This document shows positions 49,293 to 58,174 of a stretch of DNA of 64,000 bases, piece after piece. The notes beneath the pieces were generated by a model. It made no database searches. It saw only the letters and a list, made by a program, of their open reading frames with translations, and was not told where the DNA came from. The stretch is taken from NCBI GenBank assembly GCA_035568535.1, contig DATMNV010000008.1:2316-66315 (forward strand), read 5' to 3'. Position 1 is the stretch's first letter; each line of letters opens with the position of its first letter. The DNA comes from Bradyrhizobium sp. (GTDB lineage: Bacteria; Pseudomonadota; Alphaproteobacteria; Rhizobiales; Xanthobacteraceae). The position numbers and the translations under genes were made by a program.

Positions 49293-50378
49293 ATGGCGAA
49301 CGTCACGCTGCGCAACGTCAAGAAGGCCTATCCGAACGGTTTCGAGGCCATCAAGGGCGTCGATGTCGACGTCGCCGACGGCCAGTTCTGCGTGCTGGTC
49401 GGCCCGTCGGGCTGCGGCAAATCCACGCTGCTCCGAATGGTCGCAGGGCTCGAGACCATCACCTCGGGCGAGATCGACATTGGCGGGCGCGTCGTCAACC
49501 AGGTCGAGCCGGCCGATCGCGACATCGCGATGGTGTTCCAGAATTACGCGCTCTATCCGCATATGAGCGTCTACAACAACATGGCCTATGGCCTGCGCAA
49601 CCGCGGCATGCCGAAGCCCGAGATCCACACCCGCGTGCAGGAAGCCGCGCGCATCCTCGAACTCTCCGCCATGCTCGACCGCAGGCCAGGGCAACTCTCC
49701 GGGGGCCAGCGCCAGCGCGTCGCCATGGGCCGCGCCATCGTGCGCCAGCCAAAAGTGTTTCTGTTCGATGAGCCGCTGTCGAATCTCGACGCCAAGCTGC
49801 GCATCGCCATGCGCGTCGAGATCCGGAAATTGCAGCGCCGGCTCAGCACGACGTCGATCTACGTCACCCATGACCAACTCGAGGCGATGACGCTCGCGGA
49901 TGTGCTGGTGGTGATGAATGGCGGCCAGGTCGAGCAGATCGGCAATCCCCTGCAGATCTACCAGAAGCCCGCGACCACCTTTGTTGCCGCCTTTATCGGC
50001 GCGCCGCCGATGAACCTGATTCCCTTGCGCGGCTCCGACATCAAGTTGCAGGGCGCAAGCTCCGACGCCGGCATTCTCGGCATCCGCCCCGAAGATCTCG
50101 TGATGTCCAACGGCTCGGCGCCGGACGGCAGCGTCGCGCTGGTGATGACGGTGGAGGCGATCGAGCGCGTTGGCGCCGAGACCTATGTCTATGGCCTGCG
50201 CGCGCAGCAGAACGGCCAGCTGGCCGTGAACTCGGAGCCGGGCGAGCCATCGCCGGGCGAAATCCTCGTCCGCATACCCGGCCAGGAAGGGCCCGCGATC
50301 GGCGAGAGAATCGGGGCGTTCGCGCCGCGCGAGAAGCTGCATTTATTTACCGCCGACGGCCGCAAGCGGGTCAATTGA
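49293..50378 (+). CDS. ugpC: Glycerol-3-phosphate ABC ATP-binding protein
   Basis: [34 protein letters not shown]. Confidence 0.93.
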   Translation: MANVTLRNVKKAYPNGFEAIKGVDVDVADGQFCVLVGPSGCGKSTLLRMVAGLETITSGEIDIGGRVVNQVEPADRDIAMVFQNYALYPHMSVYNNMAYGLRNRGMPKPEIHTRVQEAARILELSAMLDRRPGQLSGGQRQRVAMGRAIVRQPKVFLFDEPLSNLDAKLRIAMRVEIRKLQRRLSTTSIYVTHDQLEAMTLADVLVVMNGGQVEQIGNPLQIYQKPATTFVAAFIGAPPMNLIPLRGSDIKLQGASSDAGILGIRPEDLVMSNGSAPDGSVALVMTVEAIERVGAETYVYGLRAQQNGQLAVNSEPGEPSPGEILVRIPGQEGPAIGERIGAFAPREKLHLFTADGRKRVN

Positions 50379-50415
50379 CGAGCAATTAACGGCCTTTAGG
50401 GCACTTTCTGAGGTG

Positions 50416-50443
50416 CTTGAACAGCCTGCGGCAATGCCCATAT
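50416..50443 (+). promoter_or_regulatory. RpoH (sigma32)-type promoter
   Basis: CTTGAA-N15-CCCATAT upstream of the small heat-shock gene. Confidence 0.75.
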
Positions 50444-50450
50444 TGATGCG

Positions 50451-50513
50451 CAAGGGGCGCCGTAAAGGGCCCTGAAACATCAAAGTCGCTTCGAGAGGAC
50501 TTTGTAAACTATG
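50451..50513 (+). promoter_or_regulatory. ROSE-like RNA thermometer
   Basis: caaagtc-g-ct / ag-gactttg hairpin: UCGCU with bulged G pairs with the AGGA Shine-Dalgarno; preceded by a second hairpin. Confidence 0.7.
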
Positions 50514-50936
50514 TCTCGTGTTCCTTCGCTCTCCAGTCCGTTTCTGCTGGGATTCGACGAGATCGAGCGCGTGCTTGATCGCGTCGTCAAAGGCGCCGAC
50601 GGTTACCCTCCGTACAATATCGAGAGGTGTGAACGGTCGAACGGTGCGCCCGAACGGTTGCGAATCACGCTGGCGGTGGCGGGTTTTACCCGCGACCAAC
50701 TTGATGTAACCATTGAGGAAAACCAACTCGTGATCCGGGGCCGGCAGCAGGACGACAAGGCCCGGCAATATATCCATCGCGGCATCGCGGCGCGCCACTT
50801 CCAGCGCACCTTCGTGCTCGCGGAAGGTATGCACGTGCTGGGCGCGGATCTGAAGAACGGGTTGTTGTCGATCGATCTTGCCCGGCCCGAACCGGAGAAG
50901 ATCGTTAAGACAATCGCTATCAATGAATACGAATAA
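50511..50936 (+). CDS. Small heat shock protein (Hsp20/IbpA-like)
   Basis: YPPYNIE, LAVAGF, IHRGIAAR.FQRTF, NGLLSIDL. Confidence 0.95.
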   Translation: MSRVPSLSSPFLLGFDEIERVLDRVVKGADGYPPYNIERCERSNGAPERLRITLAVAGFTRDQLDVTIEENQLVIRGRQQDDKARQYIHRGIAARHFQRTFVLAEGMHVLGADLKNGLLSIDLARPEPEKIVKTIAINEYE

Positions 50937-50985
50937 TGGAACGAGTAGCGGACTCGACCGCTTATGTCTCAGAGGAGTCGAGACC

Positions 50986-51249
50986 ATGACTGAAGGTAAT
51001 GTTGCGTCAGAATCGCGCGTCTCGCTGGAGGCGCTGGCCCATATGGGCGAAGGCCATATCGCCTATGTGAAGCAAATCCGCTCCGAGGACGTACCGGGGC
51101 TGTTTCCGCAGGCGCCCGACCTTGCGCCGGGAATGAAGCTTTTCGCGCTTCACGCCGCTGATGGCACGCCGATCATGCTGACCGATTCGCGCGAAGCTGC
51201 GATCGCCAATGCCTGGAGCAACGAGCTGCAGGCGGTGAGCGTCCACTAA
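50986..51249 (+). CDS. DUF1150 family protein
   Basis: IAYVK, FALHAADGTPI, C-terminal SVH; follows hsp20; AGGAG ribosome-binding site. Confidence 0.85.
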   Translation: MTEGNVASESRVSLEALAHMGEGHIAYVKQIRSEDVPGLFPQAPDLAPGMKLFALHAADGTPIMLTDSREAAIANAWSNELQAVSVH

Positions 51250-51301
51250 GGCCCTCGCCGACCGGCGCGTTCATTTTCGGCGCGCCGCGGGCACGAGTTT
51301 C

Positions 51302-51350
51302 AATGCGCGGGTGTTGTCTCTGGTGGGACAGCGCCCGCGCATTTTCGTTT
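51302..51350 (+). terminator. Long hairpin terminator between convergent operons
   Basis: aatgcgcgggtgttgtctc / gggacagcgcccgcgcatt followed by ttcgttt. Confidence 0.65.
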
Positions 51351-51438
51351 GCGGCTTTGTCAATTGCGGAAGTCGAGGGTGCACGCACCCATCGCGGCCA
51401 CAAACTTCACGCGTTTATGTGCTGAAGTGATTGACGGG

Positions 51439-51900
51439 TTACGCCGCGGTCGCCGGCGGCAGTGCCAGCACGGAATAGATCGCCTGCGCGTCGCGCGAGG
51501 CGCGCAGTTTCTTGGCGACATCCTGGTCGCGCAGGAGGCGGGCGATTCGCGCCAGCGCCTTCAGGTGGTCGGCGCCGGCGCCTTCAGGCGCAAGCAGCAG
51601 GAAGACGAGGTCGACCGGCTGGCCGTCCATGGCTTCAAAGTCGATCGGGCGCTCCAGCCGCGCGAACAGTCCAAACAGCTTTTCAAGCTTGGGGAGCTTG
51701 CCGTGGGGGATGGCGACGCCATAGCCGACCGCGGTGGTGCCGAGCTTCTCGCGCTGCAGCAGGACTTCGAACACCGCGCGCTCATTCTGCCCGGTTAGCT
51801 CGGCGGCTTTCGCCGCCAGCTCCTGCAACGCCTGCTTCTTGCTGTTGACTTTCAACGCCGGGAGGATCGCCTCGGGTGCGACCAGGTCGGTAATCGTCAT
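51439..51900 (-). CDS. ptsN: PTS IIA nitrogen-regulatory protein
   Basis: REKLGTT, GVAIPHG, ADHLKALARIAR. Confidence 0.95.
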   Translation of the reverse strand: MTITDLVAPEAILPALKVNSKKQALQELAAKAAELTGQNERAVFEVLLQREKLGTTAVGYGVAIPHGKLPKLEKLFGLFARLERPIDFEAMDGQPVDLVFLLLAPEGAGADHLKALARIARLLRDQDVAKKLRASRDAQAIYSVLALPPATAA

Positions 51901-52115
51901 TGGGCGTTCCGAGGTGAATTGAACCGTCAGGTTGCGAAATAGGCCTTGGCCGGCCGGCGTCAAGAAGCTGAGGTGGGAGGCGGGCCTCTAAGCCCGGGTC
52001 CGTGATTTGGGGGCTTCTACTCCAACACAACGGCGGTGCCAACACCTGCGAGCGGCTAACCTTAAAAACCGTAGAGGAAAATCGGCGGCCAAAAAAGCGC
52101 CAAAAACCCGTAAGT

Positions 52116-52718
52116 TTACGGTTTGACCGCGGGCGGATCGACCCAGCCGATATTGCCGTCGGAGCGGCGGTAGATGATGTTCACCCGGCCGCTCGAGCCA
52201 TGCTGGAATACCAGGCAGGCGGCGCCGGTCAGATCGAGCTCCATCACCGCTTCGGAGACCGACAGCCGCTTCAGCGACGTCGTCGCTTCCGCGATGATCA
52301 CGGGATTGTAGCCAGTGACTTCGTCATCGCTTTCCGCCAACGCCTCGATCACATAGGTCGGAGCATCCAGCGTCGGACCGTTCATCTCGGCCAACGCCGC
52401 CGCCGCGGCGTGCGTTTTCCGCGCCGAGTGATCCTTCAATCTGCTCTTGTAGCGGCGCAGCCGCTTCTCGATCATCAAGAGCGCCGCATCCGCGCTGGCA
52501 TAGGCGTCGGTGGCGTTCGATTCCGCTTCCAGCGTCACGCCGGAATCCAGATGCAGCGCGCAATCGGTGCGGAAGCCGAAGCCGTCTTTGGAGAGCGTGA
52601 TGTGGCCGGAATAATTGCCGTTGAAATATTTTCGCAGCACTTCGTCGGTGCGCTCGTTGACGCGGTCGCGCAGCGCTTCGCCGACGCTGATGCTCTTTCC
52701 CGAAATCCTGAGAGTCAT
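52116..52718 (-). CDS. hpf: Long ribosome hibernation promoting factor
   Basis: KRLRRYK, EAVMEL, NIIYRR.DGNIGW; located between rpoN and ptsN. Confidence 0.92.
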   Translation of the reverse strand: MTLRISGKSISVGEALRDRVNERTDEVLRKYFNGNYSGHITLSKDGFGFRTDCALHLDSGVTLEAESNATDAYASADAALLMIEKRLRRYKSRLKDHSARKTHAAAAALAEMNGPTLDAPTYVIEALAESDDEVTGYNPVIIAEATTSLKRLSVSEAVMELDLTGAACLVFQHGSSGRVNIIYRRSDGNIGWVDPPAVKP

Positions 52719-52811
52719 GGGATGCCTCGTTTGGATAGTCTGGGGAAGATGAGACTAAACCGATTTGGACAGGGCGCAACAATGGCCTTGGCTATCGCAG
52801 ATCCGGCAATT

Positions 52812-54419
52812 TCAGGTCGGCAACAAGAGCGAACTCTGCTTGTCACGGCGGCGTTGCACCGAGGATGGAATACGCATGGCTTCGCGGTATTTCGCGACCG
52901 TGCGGCGGGCAATATCAATGCCCGATTCGCGCAATCGTTCCACGATGGTGTCGTCGGAGAGGATCGCGGCGGAAGCTTCGGCGTCGATCAGCTGCTTGAT
53001 GTGATGACGGACGGCTTCGGCCGAGTGCGCTTCGCCGCCGTCGGCGGAGGCGATCGAGGCGGTGAAGAAATATTTTAGCTCAAAGGTGCCGCGATTCGTC
53101 GCCATGTATTTGTTGGCGGTGACGCGCGAGACCGTCGATTCATGCATCTGGATCGCGTCCGCTACTGCTTTCAGATTGAGCGGGCGCAGATGCGCGACGC
53201 CATGGGTGAAGAAGCCGTCCTGCTGGCGCACGATTTCGGTAGCGACCTTCAGAATGGTGCGGGCGCGCTGGTCGAGCGCGCGCACCAGCCAGGTCGCGTT
53301 CTGCAGGCAATCCGTGAAATACGACTTGTCGCCGTCCTTGCGGATCGTCTTGGACAGTTCCGTGTAGTAGGTCTGGTTCACCAGCACGCGTGGCAACGTG
53401 TCGCTGTTGAGCTCGACATGCCAGCCGCCGTCGGGGCCGGGCCGAACATAGACGTCCGGCACCATGGTCTGCATCCGCGACGCGCCGAATTTCAGGCCGG
53501 GCTTCGGATCAAGCCGGCGGATTTCGCCGATCATGTCGGCGATATCTTCATCGTCGACCGCGCAGAGCTTTCGCAGAGCGGCGACGTCGCGCTTGGCGAG
53601 CAGATCGAGATGCTCGACCAGGGCCTGCATCGCCGGGTCATAGCGGTTCAGCTCGCGGAGCTGGATCGCGAGGCACTCGCTCAAATTGCGCGCGCAGATG
53701 CCGGGCGGATCGAATTTCTGCAGCACCGCCAGCACCGACTCGACGTCGGCCTGCGATGCGCCCAGCCGTTCGGCGGCCTGGCCGAGATCGGCCGGCAGAT
53801 AGCCGGCTTCGTCGACGAGATCGATCAGATATTGGCCGATCATGCGCTGTGCGGGCGCTGCGAACGCGACGGCGAGCTGCTCGGCGAGATGATGGGACAG
53901 CGTTACCTCGGCGGCGACGAAGGCCTCGAGATTGTAGTCCTCGTCGCCGGAGGCGCCGCCGCCCCATTCGGTGTAGGTGGTGGGCGCGGCATCCTGGGCG
54001 GTGCGGGCAGCCGCTTCCGCCGGCTCCTCGGAGAACACGTTGTCGAGCGGCGTATCCAGCGTCTGTTCGATCTCGGCGCGGCTGCCGAGATCGCGGCTCA
54101 TCCATTCTTCCTGGGCCGGCTCAAAACCCTCGCCGCCCCCGCCCGCCTCGGTCTGGCCGGCGGAAAACTCCTCGCCGTTGAAGCTGCCGGATTCATCGTC
54201 GCCGGAAAACTCGGGCCGTTCCGGGCCCACCTCGCCCGCGACCGGCGGTTCCGGGCCGTCATTGGCCCGCTCCAGCAGCGGGTTTCGCTCGAGCTCCTCC
54301 TCGACAAAGGCCGATAGATCGAGATTGGAGAGCTGCAGCAGCTTGATGGCTTGCATCAGCTGCGGCGTCATCACCAGCGACTGCGACTGGCGGAACTCTA
54401 ATCTCTGGGTTAGCGCCAT
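52812..54419 (-). CDS. rpoN: RNA polymerase sigma-54 factor
   Basis: MTPQLMQAIKLLQLS, HESTVSR, RpoN box ARRTVAKYRE. Confidence 0.98.
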   Translation of the reverse strand: MALTQRLEFRQSQSLVMTPQLMQAIKLLQLSNLDLSAFVEEELERNPLLERANDGPEPPVAGEVGPERPEFSGDDESGSFNGEEFSAGQTEAGGGGEGFEPAQEEWMSRDLGSRAEIEQTLDTPLDNVFSEEPAEAAARTAQDAAPTTYTEWGGGASGDEDYNLEAFVAAEVTLSHHLAEQLAVAFAAPAQRMIGQYLIDLVDEAGYLPADLGQAAERLGASQADVESVLAVLQKFDPPGICARNLSECLAIQLRELNRYDPAMQALVEHLDLLAKRDVAALRKLCAVDDEDIADMIGEIRRLDPKPGLKFGASRMQTMVPDVYVRPGPDGGWHVELNSDTLPRVLVNQTYYTELSKTIRKDGDKSYFTDCLQNATWLVRALDQRARTILKVATEIVRQQDGFFTHGVAHLRPLNLKAVADAIQMHESTVSRVTANKYMATNRGTFELKYFFTASIASADGGEAHSAEAVRHHIKQLIDAEASAAILSDDTIVERLRESGIDIARRTVAKYREAMRIPSSVQRRRDKQSSLLLPT

Positions 54420-54567
54420 GGAGGCAAGAACGATCCGTGAAAACTGGTCCGATTCTTGCTTAGCTTAGTCCAAAGCAGTTGTATACGCCTTGACGGATGC
54501 AATTTTTGGGCTAGAGGCGCACTTCCCGGAGAGTAGTTACCGGTTTTTCGCTGCGCTGCAATACGGA

Positions 54568-55695
54568 CTATAGCCGGAATTCCTCGCCAAGATAGAGCCG
54601 CCGCACGTCCGGATCGGCAACGATTTCGTCCGGACTGCCTTCGGTCAGGATTTCACCGGCATAGACGATGTAGGCGCGGTCGGTCAGCCCGAGCGTTTCA
54701 CGCACGTTATGGTCGGTGATGAGGACGCCGATGCCGCGATTGGTGAGATGACGCACGAGATCCTGGATGTCGCCGACGGCGATCGGATCGATGCCGGCAA
54801 AGGGCTCGTCGAGCAGCATGTAATTCGGACGCGTCGCGAGCGCGCGCGCGATTTCGACGCGGCGACGCTCACCACCGGAGAGCGCAATCGACGGGGTTTT
54901 CCGCAAACGCGTGATGTTGAATTCGTTGAGCAGCGAGTCCAGTTCCTGCTCGCGCTTTTTCTTCGAGGGTTCGACGACCTCGAGCACCGCGCGGATGTTC
55001 TGCTCGACCGTGAGGCCGCGGAAGATCGAGGCTTCCTGCGGCAGATAGCCGATGCCCAGCCGCGCGCGCTGATACATCGGCAGTTGCGTCACATCGTGGC
55101 CGTCGAGCTCGATCGCGCCGCGATCGGCCTTGATCAGTCCGGTGATCATGTAGAACACCGTGGTCTTGCCGGCGCCGTTCGGACCGAGCAGACCAACCGC
55201 CTCGCCGCGGCGCACATAGATGCTGACGCCGCGCACGACCTGGCGCGAGCCAAAGCTCTTTTCCACGCTATGCACAGCCAAGTAGCCCGGCCGCCGCAAC
55301 AGCTGCGGCCCGCCCGAGCCGTTGCTCCTGGCTTGGCTCTTGACCTGGCCCCTCGCTTGCCGTGCCTGCCCGGCAGGTTTGGTGCGGGCTTGCGGCTTGG
55401 ACTGCTGCGCATGTTCGCGCGGGGGCTCGCGGTGCGGCTCTCGTGTATGTCCCCTCGGCTGTTCCCTCGGATGTTCTCTGGGGTGTTCCCTCGGCAATTC
55501 CGCGACCGGCGGCGAGCGCGGCAGATCGGTGCCCGACATCGGCGCCTCGCGTGCGATCGGCGGCGCGTCGCGCACCGGGCTGGTCAACATGCTGCCGAAG
55601 GAATCGGCGAGCGCCGTGATGTCCTCGCGCGAGCGCGCAAAGCCTTTGCCCCGCTTGGCAGGGCGCCGCCGGAACATGCCAAGTAAGTCCACCAT
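54568..55695 (-). CDS. lptB: LPS export ATP-binding protein with long N-terminal extension
   Basis: GLLGPNGAGKTT, LSGGERRRVEIAR, DEPFAGIDP, TDHNVRETL, YLGEEF; start uncertain. Confidence 0.92.
   Translation of the reverse strand: MVDLLGMFRRRPAKRGKGFARSREDITALADSFGSMLTSPVRDAPPIAREAPMSGTDLPRSPPVAELPREHPREHPREQPRGHTREPHREPPREHAQQSKPQARTKPAGQARQARGQVKSQARSNGSGGPQLLRRPGYLAVHSVEKSFGSRQVVRGVSIYVRRGEAVGLLGPNGAGKTTVFYMITGLIKADRGAIELDGHDVTQLPMYQRARLGIGYLPQEASIFRGLTVEQNIRAVLEVVEPSKKKREQELDSLLNEFNITRLRKTPSIALSGGERRRVEIARALATRPNYMLLDEPFAGIDPIAVGDIQDLVRHLTNRGIGVLITDHNVRETLGLTDRAYIVYAGEILTEGSPDEIVADPDVRRLYLGEEFRL
55410..55497 (-). repeat. Degenerate 12-bp coding tandem repeat in the lptB extension
   Basis: Encodes PREH-PREH-PREQ-PRGH-TREP-HREP-PREH. 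Confidence 0.7.
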
Positions 55696-55882
55696 CCCCG
55701 CTTTGCCCAGGCCTTGTGAGGGCGTCCCGCCAGCCGCACGCAGCGGTTTGATTCGCTGGCCCAGCATGAAGCAAGGGATGCCCGTTGCCCAGCGGAGCAC
55801 CCCAAATCCCCGGGGCGTAGATACAGTCTCGCAGCCGACGGTTCAACCTCGCGGCACCGCACTATCTAACAAGTGACTGATA

Positions 55883-56605
55883 TTATTTCTGTTTATTTGG
55901 GGCCGGCGCCGGCAGCGGCGAACCGCCGCCCGGCTTGGAAGGGCCGCAATCGCCTCCGCCACCTTGCGGGAGCAGGGCCTGCACCTTGCCGCTGTCCGAC
56001 TCGACCCGAGAAACGCCGGTCGTCATGTCCACCATCAGGCGGTCGCCGCGCAGCACATTCTTGCACTGGGTCAACACCACGCCGCCGAGCATGGTGATGA
56101 GATTGGACCTGGTGTCGAACACGGCGGTCTCGCCGGTCACGACCTGGTCCTTCTGGGTCACGACGACATTGCCGCGCGCTTCCAGCCGCTTGATCGACGA
56201 CGCGCCGCCGGGACCGGGGGTCGCCGACTGCATCGGCGCGGTATTCTTGGCGGCCTTGGCGCTGGCCGGTTGCGCCGGGGGTGGCGCCGAACCCTGCTGG
56301 CTCGATTCATAGAACACCACCAGCGTCTTCGACGTCATGGTGGTGTCGCCCTGCACCACCTTCACATTGCCGGAGAAGGTCGCTTCCTTTTTCTTGTCGC
56401 GCATCTCGAGCGACGCGGCTTCGATCTGGATCGGCTGATCGCGATTCTGCGTAAAACCCTGCATCGCGTTGGGCACGCCCTGCACCGCGCCTTGCGCGTG
56501 AGCCTCGAACGCTGCTGCCGACGACGCAAGCAACAGCGCCGCCGCGATGACGCGCCCTGCCCTCGGCTTGATGCCGCAACGGAAACACTGCGTCATGAGG
56601 CTCAT
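55883..56605 (-). CDS. lptA: LptA/OstA family protein
   Basis: Signal peptide, PIQIEA, FSGNVKVVQGD, LRGDRL; located between lptC and lptB. Confidence 0.9.
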   Translation of the reverse strand: MSLMTQCFRCGIKPRAGRVIAAALLLASSAAAFEAHAQGAVQGVPNAMQGFTQNRDQPIQIEAASLEMRDKKKEATFSGNVKVVQGDTTMTSKTLVVFYESSQQGSAPPPAQPASAKAAKNTAPMQSATPGPGGASSIKRLEARGNVVVTQKDQVVTGETAVFDTRSNLITMLGGVVLTQCKNVLRGDRLMVDMTTGVSRVESDSGKVQALLPQGGGGDCGPSKPGGGSPLPAPAPNKQK

Positions 56606-57330
56606 TTCGAGTTGGCGGATTTGCCGTTCGATTTCGTCTTCGCCGGCGGCGCCGGCTCCGGCGCAGTCTGCGAGGCGTCATCGGTATTGAGATGGTCGAG
56701 ATTCATCACGACATTGCCTTCGAAGCGGATGATCTCGCCGCCGTTGATGATCCGCAGGCGATCGGAGGACAGCGTGCCGTTGGTCAGCTTGACGTCGACA
56801 TGCTCGTCGGAATCGACGGTGTTCTTGACCATGTCGACATGGGCCTGGGTCAGACGCGCTTCATAGCCGGTGGTGGTCTGCAGGAAGATGTCCTTGTGCA
56901 GATCGAGCGTCTGCGCCTTGTTGTCGAACAGGCCGGTCAGCGAGTCCAGGAACACGGTCGAGCTATCCTGCATCAACAGCTTGGTCCTGAGCTTGTTGAG
57001 CTCGACATGGTCCGGATCGGTCACGTCCTGCACCGCGGTCTTGGCCCACATCTCATAGGGCCGCTGGTCCGGCGTGTAGCCGGACAGATGCGGCGATTCC
57101 ATCGTGATCTTGGTGCCGGAGACGACCAGATTGCCCATGTCGAGCGGCAGTCTCGGCATCAGCATGCGGAACGGATTGAACACCGAAATCCCGATTACGC
57201 CCGCCATCGCCAGCCCCACGGCGCCCGGCACCGCGATGCGCAGGATCCGCACCATGCGGCTGTGGCGCGCGGCCATGGCAAAGCGCGCTTCGAGACTCGC
57301 CTGATAGACTGGATTTTGGACCGAATTCAC
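56602..57330 (-). CDS. lptC: LPS export periplasmic protein LptC
   Basis: ARHSRMVR, one TM helix, beta-jellyroll-like remainder, FEGNVVM. Confidence 0.85.
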   Translation of the reverse strand: MNSVQNPVYQASLEARFAMAARHSRMVRILRIAVPGAVGLAMAGVIGISVFNPFRMLMPRLPLDMGNLVVSGTKITMESPHLSGYTPDQRPYEMWAKTAVQDVTDPDHVELNKLRTKLLMQDSSTVFLDSLTGLFDNKAQTLDLHKDIFLQTTTGYEARLTQAHVDMVKNTVDSDEHVDVKLTNGTLSSDRLRIINGGEIIRFEGNVVMNLDHLNTDDASQTAPEPAPPAKTKSNGKSANSK

Positions 57331-57466
57331 GGTTGCTCCGACGCACGAACAAACGCCATCATACCCGGGCCCGCCGGATAATGCAGCCTGCGACAGGCCT
57401 CACGAACATGTCCGAAACGGGGCGAATTGCCCCAGTTTCAGTCAACGAGGTGAACGAGACGTCCGT

Positions 57467-58081
57467 TCACGAATGCGCGAAAATGTCCTCGGCCTCCCAG
57501 CCGGAAAGATCGAGCTTCGCCCGCGTCGGCAGGAAGTCGAAGCAGGCTTGCGCAAGCTCGGTGCGTCCCTCGCGCGCCAGCATCGCATCGAGCCTCTCGC
57601 GCAACGCATGCAAATGCAGCACGTCGGAGGCGGCATAAGCGAGCTGCGCTTCGCTGAGCGTGGACGAGCCCCAGTCGCTCGACTGCTGCTGCTTCGACAG
57701 ATCGATATTGAGCACCTCGCGCACGAGATCTTTCAGGCCGTGGCGATCGGTGTAGGTGCGCGTCAGGCGTGAGGCGATCTTGGTGCAATAGACCGGCTGC
57801 GGCATCACGCCGAAGGTGTGATAGAGCACCGCGACGTCGAAGCGGGCGAAATGAAAGATCTTCGTGATCTTCGGATTGGCGAGCAGCGCTTTCAGGTTCG
57901 GAGCATCCGTATGCCCCTTCGGAATCTGCACCACATCGGCGCTGCCATCGCCGTTCGACAGCTGCACCACGCAGAGACGGTCGCGATGCGGATTGAGCCC
58001 CATGGTCTCGGTATCGATCGCAACAGCTCCGGTGTAGCGGGAAAGATCGGGCAGGTCGCCGCGATGCAGGCGTACGGTCAT
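57467..58081 (-). CDS. Ribonuclease D-like 3'-5' exonuclease (short form)
   Basis: AIDTET, FHFARFD, SDW, YAASDV. Confidence 0.9.
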   Translation of the reverse strand: MTVRLHRGDLPDLSRYTGAVAIDTETMGLNPHRDRLCVVQLSNGDGSADVVQIPKGHTDAPNLKALLANPKITKIFHFARFDVAVLYHTFGVMPQPVYCTKIASRLTRTYTDRHGLKDLVREVLNIDLSKQQQSSDWGSSTLSEAQLAYAASDVLHLHALRERLDAMLAREGRTELAQACFDFLPTRAKLDLSGWEAEDIFAHS

Positions 58082-58174
58082 GGCTTGTTAAAACCTCGTC
58101 GATTCGATCATCGCCAAGCTAGCGCCGGGAACGGGAACTGGCGAGAGCTGGACCGTGGAATTTCATGCGGTTGC

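Noticed and set aside
57450-57470. Palindrome gtgaacg-N7-cgttcac upstream of lptC
   Set aside because: Single occurrence overlapping the RNase D stop; it does not match the alphaproteobacterial LexA direct repeat or parS, and may be chance or a weak terminator.
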